A stretch of 64,000 nt of DNA from a virus (Duplodnaviria; Caudoviricetes). The stretch spans positions 1 through 64,000 of IMG/VR virus record IMGVR_UViG_3300035208_004206; one strand, given 5' to 3'. The notes under the pieces were generated by a model. The model was given only the letters and a program-made list of their open reading frames with translations, was not told where the DNA came from and did no database searches. The translations under genes and the position numbers were made by a program. The first letter of the stretch is position 1, and each line of letters starts with the position of its first letter. Of this stretch, positions 9,601-18,008 are shown piece by piece.

Positions 9601-9993
9601 ATTCAAATCGACACGGATCCTCAGGAGGATTCCGATGAAGATTACGAAAACGAATACCCTGATGATGACATTGACGAGGCGAAAGTCGATTCTGAGTTGC
9701 CACAGGCGGCAGGTGAGAGTGAACCTGATGATATTGAGTACACATGGCGCGAGTGGAAGCGGGAACTTAGTGGGATGATGGTATTCTCTCAGTCTGACCT
9801 GGATGACATATTTGGTGAAGATGCAGAATCATACGACACCTCGGAGTGGGTCGAGCGCGGGTACATCGAGCGGGTGGAAGGGTTCGATGACATGACGCCG
9901 TCCGAGCTCAGGCAACTGTGTGTTGACCCAGACTGCCTCGACATCATCGAATCCGACCCGGATGAGAGATACTTCAGGGTCATTCAACACTAA
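6601..9993 (+). CDS. 1130-aa acidic modular protein; putative head-packaged polyprotein
   Basis: GGAGG SD; unrelated modules separated by repeated DLNE/LDE/INE/ITE/IDE linkers; includes an HTH-like segment and an IGDLCYV..GTAHGDG..VDAG module. Confidence 0.85.
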   Translation: MLFEKTAFLDEAANPQEFIDRTEEVIRLIGLRGLVDRIWKDEGDEATALEMLSNLNGYETEADDLTNDLEWDESRPDLAATLCKGPKFKAWIGRRAGRTDLNESEDIKIGRFIARKEVVDRIAQEVGIPAKGVVSILKVRNSGYYYDIKWMTGYHDDIIDKVCNLWEQTPDSEKRERKQDLNESGNGNKVFDSFHDWENAARKNGLEVYAQGAADGKYYVKDKDGEVCGRFDKKAEDGWIHTSDLNEDVDETKPYCVVRTGGYISMKSGIVATFDTAEEAKEYASRMNKARSQGDREYYKIHYSAQKNNKGLKLTTEGLDECQSCVESSLFKMGAEELLAKMTELDSNAAGKAARDFGAGGSRIQLINKLDALLKYGTRILAEWLKDESPIVYAALGGKEKHGEKIEEAFGRPINLDEIAKDFGISYRQVFHILKKRQIGNTISKLAQEYKMNIREMEGIVKKLEEYGFVDSTKDWEENMKEKMINEVGYVEPVMTPQAIANRAKQPVSPWVGRRAAWDAWKKDSAWEKRDPEAIKAGKVLAQISGDDVALTIDYTDGPEALSKVARQIHASMSKTQGAAFNRMIKKGNGSGLLAILKREAPKFYAGLLAADHETNARDGKYEGFDTGADNPRNLTPDEQSMANSETRVDEIDENREAEGPSAEFLQWELDQIDTFMRKSDGDYDDYDWDGTELVVFNGGEVIERYNRQDLEEAGVFTKNEAVVPCGDGAAIVESISEFARNNVTMATVETLVDFIEKEGALEALDDSFNGYGDKDALIRQMKLMKRTDPNGYVDAVFRTDVVRAAFKRAEDNEAAIESETAWEEKSVGEEITEATIRDRGTRDRIYLATGTKNDFLAVKRMCEMKVSNPKKYRKVLGEATDSPTTLSPGQYWIGDLCYVMHDVWNEVVDKMYEGDTDHEGEVITLNDGREFLYFGTAHGDGEYFDNEGNAYGVDAGIIGIIALEDIKQDGKNDLANGRVEMFSSPFSCAKDGGVLIFGGIQIDTDPQEDSDEDYENEYPDDDIDEAKVDSELPQAAGESEPDDIEYTWREWKRELSGMMVFSQSDLDDIFGEDAESYDTSEWVERGYIERVEGFDDMTPSELRQLCVDPDCLDIIESDPDERYFRVIQH

Positions 9994-10012
9994 CCTGGGT
10001 TACTAGGTTCTT
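9992..10012 (+). terminator. Terminator-like hairpin after the 1130-aa gene
   Basis: AACCTGG-GTTA-CTAGGTT stem, weak U tract. Confidence 0.4.
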
Positions 10013-10139
10013 CGATGTGAGACTTTTAAGACAATCCTGATACCTTATGCTTGCAGAACTTCCTTGACAACCAGGAACAGATATAATACAAGATACAGAT
10101 ATTCGCTGCCGCTCAATCGTATTTTATATCAAATATCAG

Positions 10140-10158
10140 AAGTCCGCGAGGATTTTTC
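10140..10158 (+). terminator. Terminator-like hairpin with GNRA loop
   Basis: AAGTCC-GCGA-GGATTT followed by TT. Confidence 0.45.
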
Positions 10159-10225
10159 ACAACTATTTCCTAGCGCCCGAGGAAATCCAACCGTATAATA
10201 TCTTGTGTGTTAACTGGAGGTTGAT

Positions 10226-10570
10226 ATGAAAGTGTTCATCGTAACAGCTGCTTGGGGTGAGTATGAAGACCGGACAGAAGAAGTGATCGGGGTGTACTCA
10301 AACAAAAAGACAGCGAATCTTATTGTTGCAAACATGAAAGAAGAGTTTGCTCGCCGTGGAAAACTGCCTTGCCCCAAGGATTGCACTAAAGACGGTCCTT
10401 CGGTAGATTATCATGACCGGAGATATGACGATCTCTTTAAGAAGTGGCAACATTGGATGAATGCACAATATTGGAAAGACGGTGGGATCTATTACGATGT
10501 CAAAGATTTTGAAGTAGATAAGCTTCGTGGGGTAATTACAAAAGCCTGCAACATGATAATGGATTGGTAA
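10226..10570 (+). CDS. Hypothetical protein
   Basis: GGAGG SD; MKVFIVT..GEYED..VIGVYS.K..A is a common small-phage-protein pattern. Confidence 0.7.
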   Translation: MKVFIVTAAWGEYEDRTEEVIGVYSNKKTANLIVANMKEEFARRGKLPCPKDCTKDGPSVDYHDRRYDDLFKKWQHWMNAQYWKDGGIYYDVKDFEVDKLRGVITKACNMIMDW

Positions 10571-10571
10571 C

Positions 10572-11975
10572 ATGATAAGAAAGTCATCAAACCCCGCAAA
10601 GCATTCTGTTGTTCCGACTGAGACTCACAAGTATGTGAGCAATGCCTACAAACTTTTTAGTCTATATATTTTGGCACATCGTGCGATCCCCAATCTTCTT
10701 GACGGTCTCAAGACCTCTCAGCGAAAAGCTTTGTGGGTGTCGAAGTCTCGTGCTCGAAACTTTGTGAAGACAGAAGCTCTCGCAGGTTATGTGTACGCAG
10801 AGGGCAACTATCATCATGGTCCTGCTTCTCTTTCTCAAGCAATGTCCATGATGGCCAGGGACTTCCAGGGTGCGAATAACATCCCGCTCATGGATGGAGA
10901 TGGGGCTTTCGGTAGTTTCCTTGATCCGACGGGTTATGGTTCTCCGAGGTACACCGGAGTCAGAGTGTCAAAGTGGTTTGATCTTCTGTTCGATGCTCGT
11001 GACTTCGAGATCGCCCCGACAGCAGTTGACCCTGAGGATCCTGAGCCGGAACACTTTCTCCCCATCCTTCCTGTCGCACTTCTGAATGGTGTGAGCGGTG
11101 TTGCTGTTGCATACGCCACCGAGATTTGTGCATATGACCCGATGGATATTCTGAACCGCGTAGAAGATCTTCTTGCTGGAAAGAAACCTCGGAAGCGGTT
11201 GATTCCGTGGTACAAGGGTTACACCGGTGAAGTGACCCTTGGTGAAGAAGGCAAGTTCCAGATGACCGGTAAGATGGAAACCGTCGGTCGTAACAAAGTA
11301 AAAGTGACAGAGGTCCCAATTCAATACTCTCAGGAGAAGTACATTGCTTTGCTTGGAAAGCTCCTGGACAAAGGAAAGATCGACTCGTGGGTCGACATGT
11401 CAAAGGAACACTGGGACATTACTATCAAGCTGAATGATGCTTCGCCCACTGGCGAGGAGCTTGAGAAAGCTCTTGGTCTGCGTGTCTCACTCCCCGAGAA
11501 TATCAACTTCATTGAGAACGGCCAGATCATCGGGTTTGATACCGCAGATGAATACATTGAGAAGTGGTTTGAGAAACGTCTCCCATTCTTTCAAGCACGC
11601 AAGGAAAATGAAATCAGAAAAGTCGATGAACACCGTTTGAACGTGGCATCAAAGTTGGCACTGAATGCGGTGCTCACCGAACATGGCGGGAAACTGTCTG
11701 GTCTGTCTGGTGAAGAGTGTGGTCGTGCGACACTCAAGCTCACTAACATCACCGCACTGACGAAGGTGAAGGTACAGGATATTGCCTTAGCTGTCCCGGT
11801 GACATTCAAGACGGTTCAACTGTCTGCGATCGGTGACGACAAGGTGAAGGACCTTCAGGAGAAGGCTGTGCAATTAAATAAAGTGCGTGAAGAATTAGTT
11901 GCCAGATCTATTACTGAGGATTGGAAAAATGATATACAACGTTTTAGAACAGAATACAAGAAAAGGATGGCTTGA
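10572..11975 (+). CDS. gp52: Type II DNA topoisomerase, breakage-reunion subunit (T4 gp52/GyrA-like)
   Basis: DGLKTSQRK, YHHG, GAFGS, active-site PRY. Confidence 0.95.
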   Translation: MIRKSSNPAKHSVVPTETHKYVSNAYKLFSLYILAHRAIPNLLDGLKTSQRKALWVSKSRARNFVKTEALAGYVYAEGNYHHGPASLSQAMSMMARDFQGANNIPLMDGDGAFGSFLDPTGYGSPRYTGVRVSKWFDLLFDARDFEIAPTAVDPEDPEPEHFLPILPVALLNGVSGVAVAYATEICAYDPMDILNRVEDLLAGKKPRKRLIPWYKGYTGEVTLGEEGKFQMTGKMETVGRNKVKVTEVPIQYSQEKYIALLGKLLDKGKIDSWVDMSKEHWDITIKLNDASPTGEELEKALGLRVSLPENINFIENGQIIGFDTADEYIEKWFEKRLPFFQARKENEIRKVDEHRLNVASKLALNAVLTEHGGKLSGLSGEECGRATLKLTNITALTKVKVQDIALAVPVTFKTVQLSAIGDDKVKDLQEKAVQLNKVREELVARSITEDWKNDIQRFRTEYKKRMA

Positions 11976-12153
11976 TCGTCTCATAGATAAGATGCACAGA
12001 AAGGGTTTTCATTTCTGGTCTTATCGCATGGGTCTGTATGAACTTTTCAGATACTGTGATCGGTGCAAGAGATACGAGAAAGCAGTCGGTGAAGTGTGGT
12101 TGCCATGTTCTTGGCAAGATAAACATGAACTTGATATTTTAAGGGGGATGTGA
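11929..12153 (+). CDS. Small protein with H/W and CxxC motif
   Basis: GAGG SD; start uncertain (alternative 11992). Confidence 0.45.
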   Translation: MIYNVLEQNTRKGWLDRLIDKMHRKGFHFWSYRMGLYELFRYCDRCKRYEKAVGEVWLPCSWQDKHELDILRGM

Positions 12154-12708
12154 ATGATTGGAAAATCGGCGTTTTCCGAGTGCCTTGAGGTTGTGCTTCA
12201 GCATGAGGGGGGTTATGTGAATGACCCCTCTGATAATGGCGGGGAAACGATCTATGGCATATCTCGTCGTGCTCATCCCAACTGGGGTGGTTGGTCGTAT
12301 GTTGACAAGGCGAAACCTTTGAAGTTCAACGCAAAGCTTCCTACCGTTCTTGCTCTTGTGTCAATCCTATATCGGAAAGAGTACTGGGAGCGGTGCAACT
12401 GTGATGAGATCGCGAAGTATAACCAAACACTCGCTCTCCACGTCTTTGACTTTGCAGTGAATGCTGGGGGTGATCGCGGAGCAAAGACTCTGCAAGCATG
12501 TTTGGGTGTTAAGGAAGATGGAAAGATCGGACCGATCACTCTTGCAAAGATGCGAGAGAGTGATCCTGCCGTGATCGTGCTTGGATACAAGACCCGCCGG
12601 GAAGAGTTCTACACCAGTCTTTCGAAGCAACCTAAGCAGAAGAAGTTCTTGAAAGCGTGGTTGGCTCGGGTCAATGGATGCAATGACGCCTTCTGTTCTG
12701 TCGCCTAA
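12154..12708 (+). CDS. Endolysin, glycoside hydrolase family 108 with C-terminal peptidoglycan-binding domain
   Basis: HEGGYVNDPSDNGGETIYGI; DFAVNAG; DGKIGPITL; KFLKAWLAR. Confidence 0.9.
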   Translation: MIGKSAFSECLEVVLQHEGGYVNDPSDNGGETIYGISRRAHPNWGGWSYVDKAKPLKFNAKLPTVLALVSILYRKEYWERCNCDEIAKYNQTLALHVFDFAVNAGGDRGAKTLQACLGVKEDGKIGPITLAKMRESDPAVIVLGYKTRREEFYTSLSKQPKQKKFLKAWLARVNGCNDAFCSVA

Positions 12709-12745
12709 CTGGTTGAAATCCCAAAAGAATATTAACAAAGAAAAA

Positions 12746-12774
12746 TGTACATTGCTTGTGATCTATTGTATAAT
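12746..12774 (+). promoter_or_regulatory. Early promoter, copy 2
   Basis: AAAAA-TGTACA-17 bp-TATAAT with TG extension. Confidence 0.8.
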
Positions 12775-12804
12775 ATATAGAATGTTTGGAATGGAGAAGA
12801 CCGC

Positions 12805-13491
12805 GTGAACTATTTTGTTTTGGAAGAAACCTTCCGAAAAAACGCTAAAAGTTTAGATCTTTTGCGTCTCCCCAAGATGATAGTCGAGACGGCTCAGATA
12901 CTTTCTACTGCTATCCATATTCGTGGTCCTTGGTGTGGGCCATTCCACAATAGATTGTATTGCATGACCCACGAGAATCATCCCACTGTCAAATGGGCGG
13001 TCAGCCATTCTCTGAACTGTCGACACCTTTGCTCATACCTTCAGGCACTCCTCGAAGAGTATACCAGACGGTTCGGCAAAGTTCACAGTGTCACAAAGAT
13101 GATCCCCGCCTTTCATGTTGCATGGGGTGAATGTACGATCGATGAGAAACCAACCTTCAACACTCTTCCTCCTATGACCATGCCCGAACCTTTCAAAGTG
13201 TTCACGCTTGGGGCATACAACAATCTTGGTGTGGCAAACTTTCAACCCGTGCCCGATGTGATTGAATCATACCGACGGTTCTTTGCCAGCAAGCCGAGAG
13301 TCTCGTATGATATAAACGAGATCCCTCGATGGTTCTTGCAGAAGAGATTGACCTCGTTCAAGGTTCGCACCGCTCCGAAAGTATATGCGATTTGGCAACC
13401 TGTCGTGGAAGAGGGTGAAGTTGTTGCAGCAACGATTCGGTGGAAAGACGGAACGGTGATGAACCGCGTTAACTATTGGAAGGACAAATGA
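12805..13491 (+). CDS. Pyrimidine-dimer DNA glycosylase/endonuclease V-like family protein
   Basis: MNYF.L...KMIVETAQILSTA, TH.NHP..KW, Y..RFGKVH pattern; GGAG SD, GTG start. Confidence 0.75.
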   Translation: MNYFVLEETFRKNAKSLDLLRLPKMIVETAQILSTAIHIRGPWCGPFHNRLYCMTHENHPTVKWAVSHSLNCRHLCSYLQALLEEYTRRFGKVHSVTKMIPAFHVAWGECTIDEKPTFNTLPPMTMPEPFKVFTLGAYNNLGVANFQPVPDVIESYRRFFASKPRVSYDINEIPRWFLQKRLTSFKVRTAPKVYAIWQPVVEEGEVVAATIRWKDGTVMNRVNYWKDK

Positions 13492-13739
13492 CCGTCAACT
13501 GTAAGAAAGCGGCGAAGGAACTGGTCGACCATCTTTTCCGTAAGGAAGTGTGGATGACAAAGGATGAACATAAAGAACTTGTTTCTGAAATTGAGAAGAC
13601 GGTGTTCGACACGATGAAGGTTTCTTCAAAGCAGGAACTGGCAATGCTCATTCAGAGAGAACTTGAATTGATAGAAGACAACACCAAAAGAACAATGGCA
13701 CTTAATGCACTACGTACATCGTGGGGAATTTATGACTAA
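13488..13739 (+). CDS. Hypothetical protein
   Basis: ATGA overlap. Confidence 0.6.
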   Translation: MTVNCKKAAKELVDHLFRKEVWMTKDEHKELVSEIEKTVFDTMKVSSKQELAMLIQRELELIEDNTKRTMALNALRTSWGIYD

Positions 13740-15609
13740 AGATCGTGCTGCACAAATTGAAAAGCTGAACCCTCGGGAAGCTTGTCTGCTTCGGCCCAAC
13801 ATGTATATTGGGACAACCCAGACTGAATTGATCAAAGGTTGGGTTATTCGAAAGGACGAGGAGCTTGGACAACACGTACTCGATGCAGTTGAACACCCCA
13901 CGAACATTGGGTTTTTCAAGCTTTTCGATGAAATAATTTCCAACTCAATTGGTGAGTATATCAAGACCGAGGGGAAATTTTTCGACAAAATAGAGGTGTG
14001 GGTTGACGAGCGGAATTCTTTCCGCGTTCGGGATTATGGTCGAGGTGTTCCGGTTGCAGATGATGCAAAGACTGGGAAACCTCAGGTTGAACTCGCTTTC
14101 ACTGAACTGCATGCGGGTTCGAACTTCAAAGAAAATGATGACAGCCCAGGGATGAATGGTGTCGGTGCAGCTCTCACCAATTACTTCTCGACTGAATTCA
14201 TTGTTGAGACGAACGACGGCGACAAGATGGCAACACTCACCTGCACCAACAACTGTTCTGAGGTGAAGCTGAAGAAGCATGCCCCTCGTGGCAGACGTGG
14301 AACAGATATTCGTTGGAAGGTCGACGAGGATCGTTTCGAAGGAATCGATCGCATCTCAAAGGGTGATGTGTGCAAGTTTGTGTACAAGCGTCTTGTTGAA
14401 GCCAAGACCTGTTTCCCGAAGCTTCGTCTCTTCTTCAATGATGAGGAAGTCAAGGGAACGATGTTTGACTTTCTTTCTCACCTTCCCGGTGACACGGCTA
14501 GAACGAAAGATGGTCGTGCTCACGTTGGAGTGTTCCTGAAACGTCGTGGCACCGAAGACGACATCAGCTTTGTCAACGGTCTCAACACATACAAAGGAGG
14601 GTCACACCTTCTGTGGGTGAAGAAGTTCATGGTGGAAGAGATCGGCAAGAAGATCAAACGCAAGTTCGGGTTTGAAGCCAACTCACGGAAGCTAAGAGAC
14701 TCTCTCTTCTTCGTGGTCTCCATAACTGGTCTCAGGGATGCGAAGTTCGATGGTCAGAACAAGACAGAGCTCAAAGTCCCAGAGGGCAAGGTGAAGGAGT
14801 TGATCCCCGAGGAGTTCCTTGACCGGCTTGCTTGGACCTTCGTTGGTGAGAACAAGGGTGCGGTCGAAGAGTGGATTAACACCCTCAACGATGAGGAAGA
14901 ACAGGAACTGCTCAAGGCCGCAAGCAAGAAGGTGAAGAAGGACACCAAGAAGGTCGCGAAGTTTGTTGATGCGGTCGGTGCAGATAGATCTGACACGACA
15001 CTGTTCCTCATGGAAGGTGACAGTGCTCGGTCGCAGTTCTGTGAGGTGAGAGATCAGTTGCGGCACGGTGTGTATCCTCTCCGTGGTCGGATACTCAATG
15101 TCTATGGGTGCAAGCTTGCGAAGGTCTTGGCCAACGACGTGGTGACGAACATCGCCACAGTCCTTGGGCTTGAGTTCGGAAAGGATCCTGGAAAGATGCG
15201 GTTTGAACGAGTGGCACTGTTGACAGATGCAGACCCCGATGGTGATGCGATCACTGCGGGTCTCGTGACATTCTTCTACAGGTTCTGGCCTTCACTGTTC
15301 AACGATGGTCGGGTGGTGAAAGTCCTGGCTCCTCTGGCGATCGCCAAGAAGAGTGGTGATGTGAGACGGTACTACTCGATGGAAGAGTTCAATGCCGCCA
15401 AGAGTGATCTCGATGGTTGGACGGTAAAATACTATAAGGGTTTGGCAGGTCTTCCGAAAGAAGAGTATGCTGACTTGCTGAATGCTGGGGTGTGGCTTCA
15501 GCTCAAGACGGATGAAGCGGAAGAGACCGCGAAGACCTTTGAGCTGTTGTTTGGAAAGAGTGCTGATGCACGGAAAGGATGGCTCGGGGATGGCGGCGAA
15601 GATGAATAG
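13732..15609 (+). CDS. gp39: Type II DNA topoisomerase ATPase/TOPRIM subunit (unsplit gp39+60/GyrB-like)
   Basis: RPNMYIG, DYGRGVP, HAGSNF, GMNGVGA, EGDSA, PLRG, TDADPDG, YYKGL. Confidence 0.95.
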   Translation: MTKDRAAQIEKLNPREACLLRPNMYIGTTQTELIKGWVIRKDEELGQHVLDAVEHPTNIGFFKLFDEIISNSIGEYIKTEGKFFDKIEVWVDERNSFRVRDYGRGVPVADDAKTGKPQVELAFTELHAGSNFKENDDSPGMNGVGAALTNYFSTEFIVETNDGDKMATLTCTNNCSEVKLKKHAPRGRRGTDIRWKVDEDRFEGIDRISKGDVCKFVYKRLVEAKTCFPKLRLFFNDEEVKGTMFDFLSHLPGDTARTKDGRAHVGVFLKRRGTEDDISFVNGLNTYKGGSHLLWVKKFMVEEIGKKIKRKFGFEANSRKLRDSLFFVVSITGLRDAKFDGQNKTELKVPEGKVKELIPEEFLDRLAWTFVGENKGAVEEWINTLNDEEEQELLKAASKKVKKDTKKVAKFVDAVGADRSDTTLFLMEGDSARSQFCEVRDQLRHGVYPLRGRILNVYGCKLAKVLANDVVTNIATVLGLEFGKDPGKMRFERVALLTDADPDGDAITAGLVTFFYRFWPSLFNDGRVVKVLAPLAIAKKSGDVRRYYSMEEFNAAKSDLDGWTVKYYKGLAGLPKEEYADLLNAGVWLQLKTDEAEETAKTFELLFGKSADARKGWLGDGGEDE

Positions 15610-15832
15610 CAAGACGCTCTTCTATAAGTGGATCAAGCTCTCTGGGTTGATCGGTATTGAGTTGTCTTTGACACGAGATGACTTCAACTGTTACAGAGCT
15701 TTCCTTCCTTTGGTCGATATTCATTTTGGGTATCCTTCGAAGTGGCGGAAGTTCAGTGTGATGATCTTTGCGTTTCAGTATACGTTCACTTTCGAAGTGC
15801 TTGATGATCAATACGAGAAACTTGGTGAATGA
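15602..15832 (+). CDS. Small hydrophobic hypothetical protein
   Basis: Overlaps the gp39 stop; aromatic-rich. Confidence 0.5.
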   Translation: MNSKTLFYKWIKLSGLIGIELSLTRDDFNCYRAFLPLVDIHFGYPSKWRKFSVMIFAFQYTFTFEVLDDQYEKLGE

Positions 15833-15990
15833 TCAAGTCAACCAAAAGATCTCGCAACAGGTATAAGAAACCCGAAAGCGTAAGTCATCAGATGTTGATG
15901 CGACGGTTGTTTCCTCTTCGCACAAAGAATATCTTTACTGGTGAACCGATGATAATTCATGTTTGTAATCCGAGGAACAGAAAACACTGA
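15829..15990 (+). CDS. 53-aa basic protein (not in ORF track)
   Basis: ATGA overlap; MIKSTKRSRNRYKK; fills the gap exactly. Confidence 0.5.
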   Translation: MIKSTKRSRNRYKKPESVSHQMLMRRLFPLRTKNIFTGEPMIIHVCNPRNRKH

Positions 15991-16008
15991 AGAGTATGGA
16001 GATCAACT

Positions 16009-16725
16009 ATGATGATTCAATGTGAGAAGTGTGGAAGGATTTACTCCGGCTTTCAGTATGGTAAAGACTTTGGTCTTTGCTTCGAATGCGATCGTGATAA
16101 GATCAATGCTTGGTATTTGTCACAAGCGAATGTACAACCTAGGCTGATGTTCAGAGAACGGTATGAAAACAAAAAACGAATACAAGAACTGTTTGATAAG
16201 ATCAATAAGGTTGCAGCAAAACAATCAACCAAAGATTGGTGGCTGATACACTGTCCGAACTGTGGTCAAGCACTTCGCAGTGATGTGGAGAACATTGCTG
16301 ACTTGAAAGAGTTTGAGTGTGGTAAGTGTCATCATCACTTCAGGGTTGTCACAGAAAAGAAGATACCGACCAACGAAAAAGAACTCGCCGAGTATAATAG
16401 ACGTTTGTACAACGATTTCTTTGGTAACCCTAAGAGTAGAGCAGATGCTTTGAATACTCGGAAGGTAGTGATCTTCTCCACTCCGAAGGGGCGTGATCCT
16501 TTCTTCAAACTGTTTGAGATGGCTCAAGAGAAGGAAGAGGTGAAACGTATTCAGTCAGAGCTTTTTGGTCTCATTGATCAAATATACAAGATTGTTCAGG
16601 ATATGACTATTGCATATGAAAAGAAGTATGGGATAGATGGACAGACCGGTTGTTCAGGTCTTTCGGGTCATGGTGACTCGAGGGGTGCAACAGGCGTCAA
16701 AGGTTCGGTCGGAATTAAATCCTAA
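16009..16725 (+). CDS. Zinc-finger protein (two pairs of CxxC motifs) with Gly-x-y-rich tail
   Basis: CEKC..CFEC, CPNC..CGKC; GGAG SD. Confidence 0.7.
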   Translation: MMIQCEKCGRIYSGFQYGKDFGLCFECDRDKINAWYLSQANVQPRLMFRERYENKKRIQELFDKINKVAAKQSTKDWWLIHCPNCGQALRSDVENIADLKEFECGKCHHHFRVVTEKKIPTNEKELAEYNRRLYNDFFGNPKSRADALNTRKVVIFSTPKGRDPFFKLFEMAQEKEEVKRIQSELFGLIDQIYKIVQDMTIAYEKKYGIDGQTGCSGLSGHGDSRGATGVKGSVGIKS

Positions 16726-16762
16726 CCCCTCGTAATCACTCAAGAATATTTACTCCATAAAA

Positions 16763-16791
16763 TGTACATTCTTGCTGATCGGGTGTATAAT
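16763..16791 (+). promoter_or_regulatory. Early promoter, copy 3, driving rtcB and the RNA ligase
   Basis: AAAA-TGTACA-17 bp-TATAAT with GGTG extension. Confidence 0.85.
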
Positions 16792-16828
16792 ATCAGAGTG
16801 GTGCGAAGTGCACTTTGAGAGGTAGTTG

Positions 16829-17998
16829 ATGAAGTGGGTATCTGAAACGGCAGGTCTTCTGATAAAGTCTTGGTGTGCCGATGTAGAAGCTGGTGCACAC
16901 GAGCAGGCTCTCAATCTTGCAATGCTTCCGTTTGCATACCGTCATATTGCACTGATGCCGGATTGTCATCAGGGTTATGGTATGCCGATCGGTGGAGTGC
17001 TTGCTACCGAAGGTGTCGTGATCCCGAATGCGGTTGGTGTCGACATTGGGTGTGGTATGTGTGCGGTCCGTTTCAACATCAAGGCAGAGGAAATTCAGAA
17101 GGATGATATGAAGAAGATCATGGGGATCATTCGCAAGAACGTTCCTGTTGGGTTTGCAAAGCATCCCGACATGCGGAATAAAATGATGATGCCTCGTGAT
17201 TCAGGAGAATCGTTGATCGTTGATAAAGAGTGGAACAACGCTGTTATGTCGATGGGTTCGCTTGGATCGGGTAATCATTTCATAGAGTTACAGCGGTCTG
17301 AAAAGGATGGTGCTCTCTGGGCGATGATACACTCGGGTTCACGTAACCTTGGGAAGAAAGTCGCTGATCACTACAATGAGATCGCAAAGCGTCTCAATGA
17401 TGTGTGGTATTCTTCTGTTCCTGCGAAACACGATCTTGCTTTCCTTCCTTATATGAGTGAGGAAGGTATTGCATATGTGCATGAAATGCAATACTGTGTG
17501 GAGTTCGCTCTTGCCAACCGGTTGGAGATGATGCATCAGATCATAGAAGCAGCTCATGAAGTTACTGGGTGTGAGGCTGTGGGTAATGTCATCAATATCG
17601 CTCACAACTATGCACGGCTTGAGCATCACTTCGGTCGAGACGTTGTGGTGCATCGTAAAGGTGCAACGTCTGCTCGTGAGGGCGAGATCGGTTTGATCCC
17701 CGGTTCACAGGGTACTGCATCGTATGTAGTTCGTGGTCTTGGGAATATGGAAAGCTTCATGTCCTGTTCGCATGGTGCAGGTCGTCGGATCGGGCGGAAA
17801 GCTGCTCAGCGGGAACTGTCGCTTGAGGGCGAGATCAAACGGCTTGATGACCTCGGCGTGATCCACAACGTTCGGAACGTTGCTGACCTTGATGAAGCTG
17901 CTGGTGCGTACAAGGATATTGATATGGTGATGGAAGCTCAGAGTGATCTCGTTGAGATCGTTGAGAAGCTGATACCGGTTGCTGTTATTAAAGGATAG
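16829..17998 (+). CDS. rtcB: RtcB RNA ligase
   Basis: MPDCHQG, VGVDIGCG, GSLGSGNHF, HSGSRNLG, HNYA, HRKGAT, IPGSQG, HGAGR, DEA..AYKDI. Confidence 0.97.
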   Translation: MKWVSETAGLLIKSWCADVEAGAHEQALNLAMLPFAYRHIALMPDCHQGYGMPIGGVLATEGVVIPNAVGVDIGCGMCAVRFNIKAEEIQKDDMKKIMGIIRKNVPVGFAKHPDMRNKMMMPRDSGESLIVDKEWNNAVMSMGSLGSGNHFIELQRSEKDGALWAMIHSGSRNLGKKVADHYNEIAKRLNDVWYSSVPAKHDLAFLPYMSEEGIAYVHEMQYCVEFALANRLEMMHQIIEAAHEVTGCEAVGNVINIAHNYARLEHHFGRDVVVHRKGATSAREGEIGLIPGSQGTASYVVRGLGNMESFMSCSHGAGRRIGRKAAQRELSLEGEIKRLDDLGVIHNVRNVADLDEAAGAYKDIDMVMEAQSDLVEIVEKLIPVAVIKG

Positions 17999-18008
17999 GA
18001 GAAAAAGG

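Noticed and set aside
10064-10087. Perfect TTGACA plus TATAAT as a sigma70 promoter
   Set aside because: Spacer is only 12 bp; the TTGACA lies within the TTCCT-N8-AGGAA palindrome
13930-13956. GyrB motif NSIGE instead of NSxDE as a sign of inactivation
   Set aside because: The catalytic Glu, Asn and all other ATPase and TOPRIM motifs are intact; likely a tolerated variant
16639-16722. Collagen-like Gly-x-y run at the end of the zinc-finger protein
   Set aside because: Only about 8 triplets, interrupted and without Pro; too short to call a collagen domain
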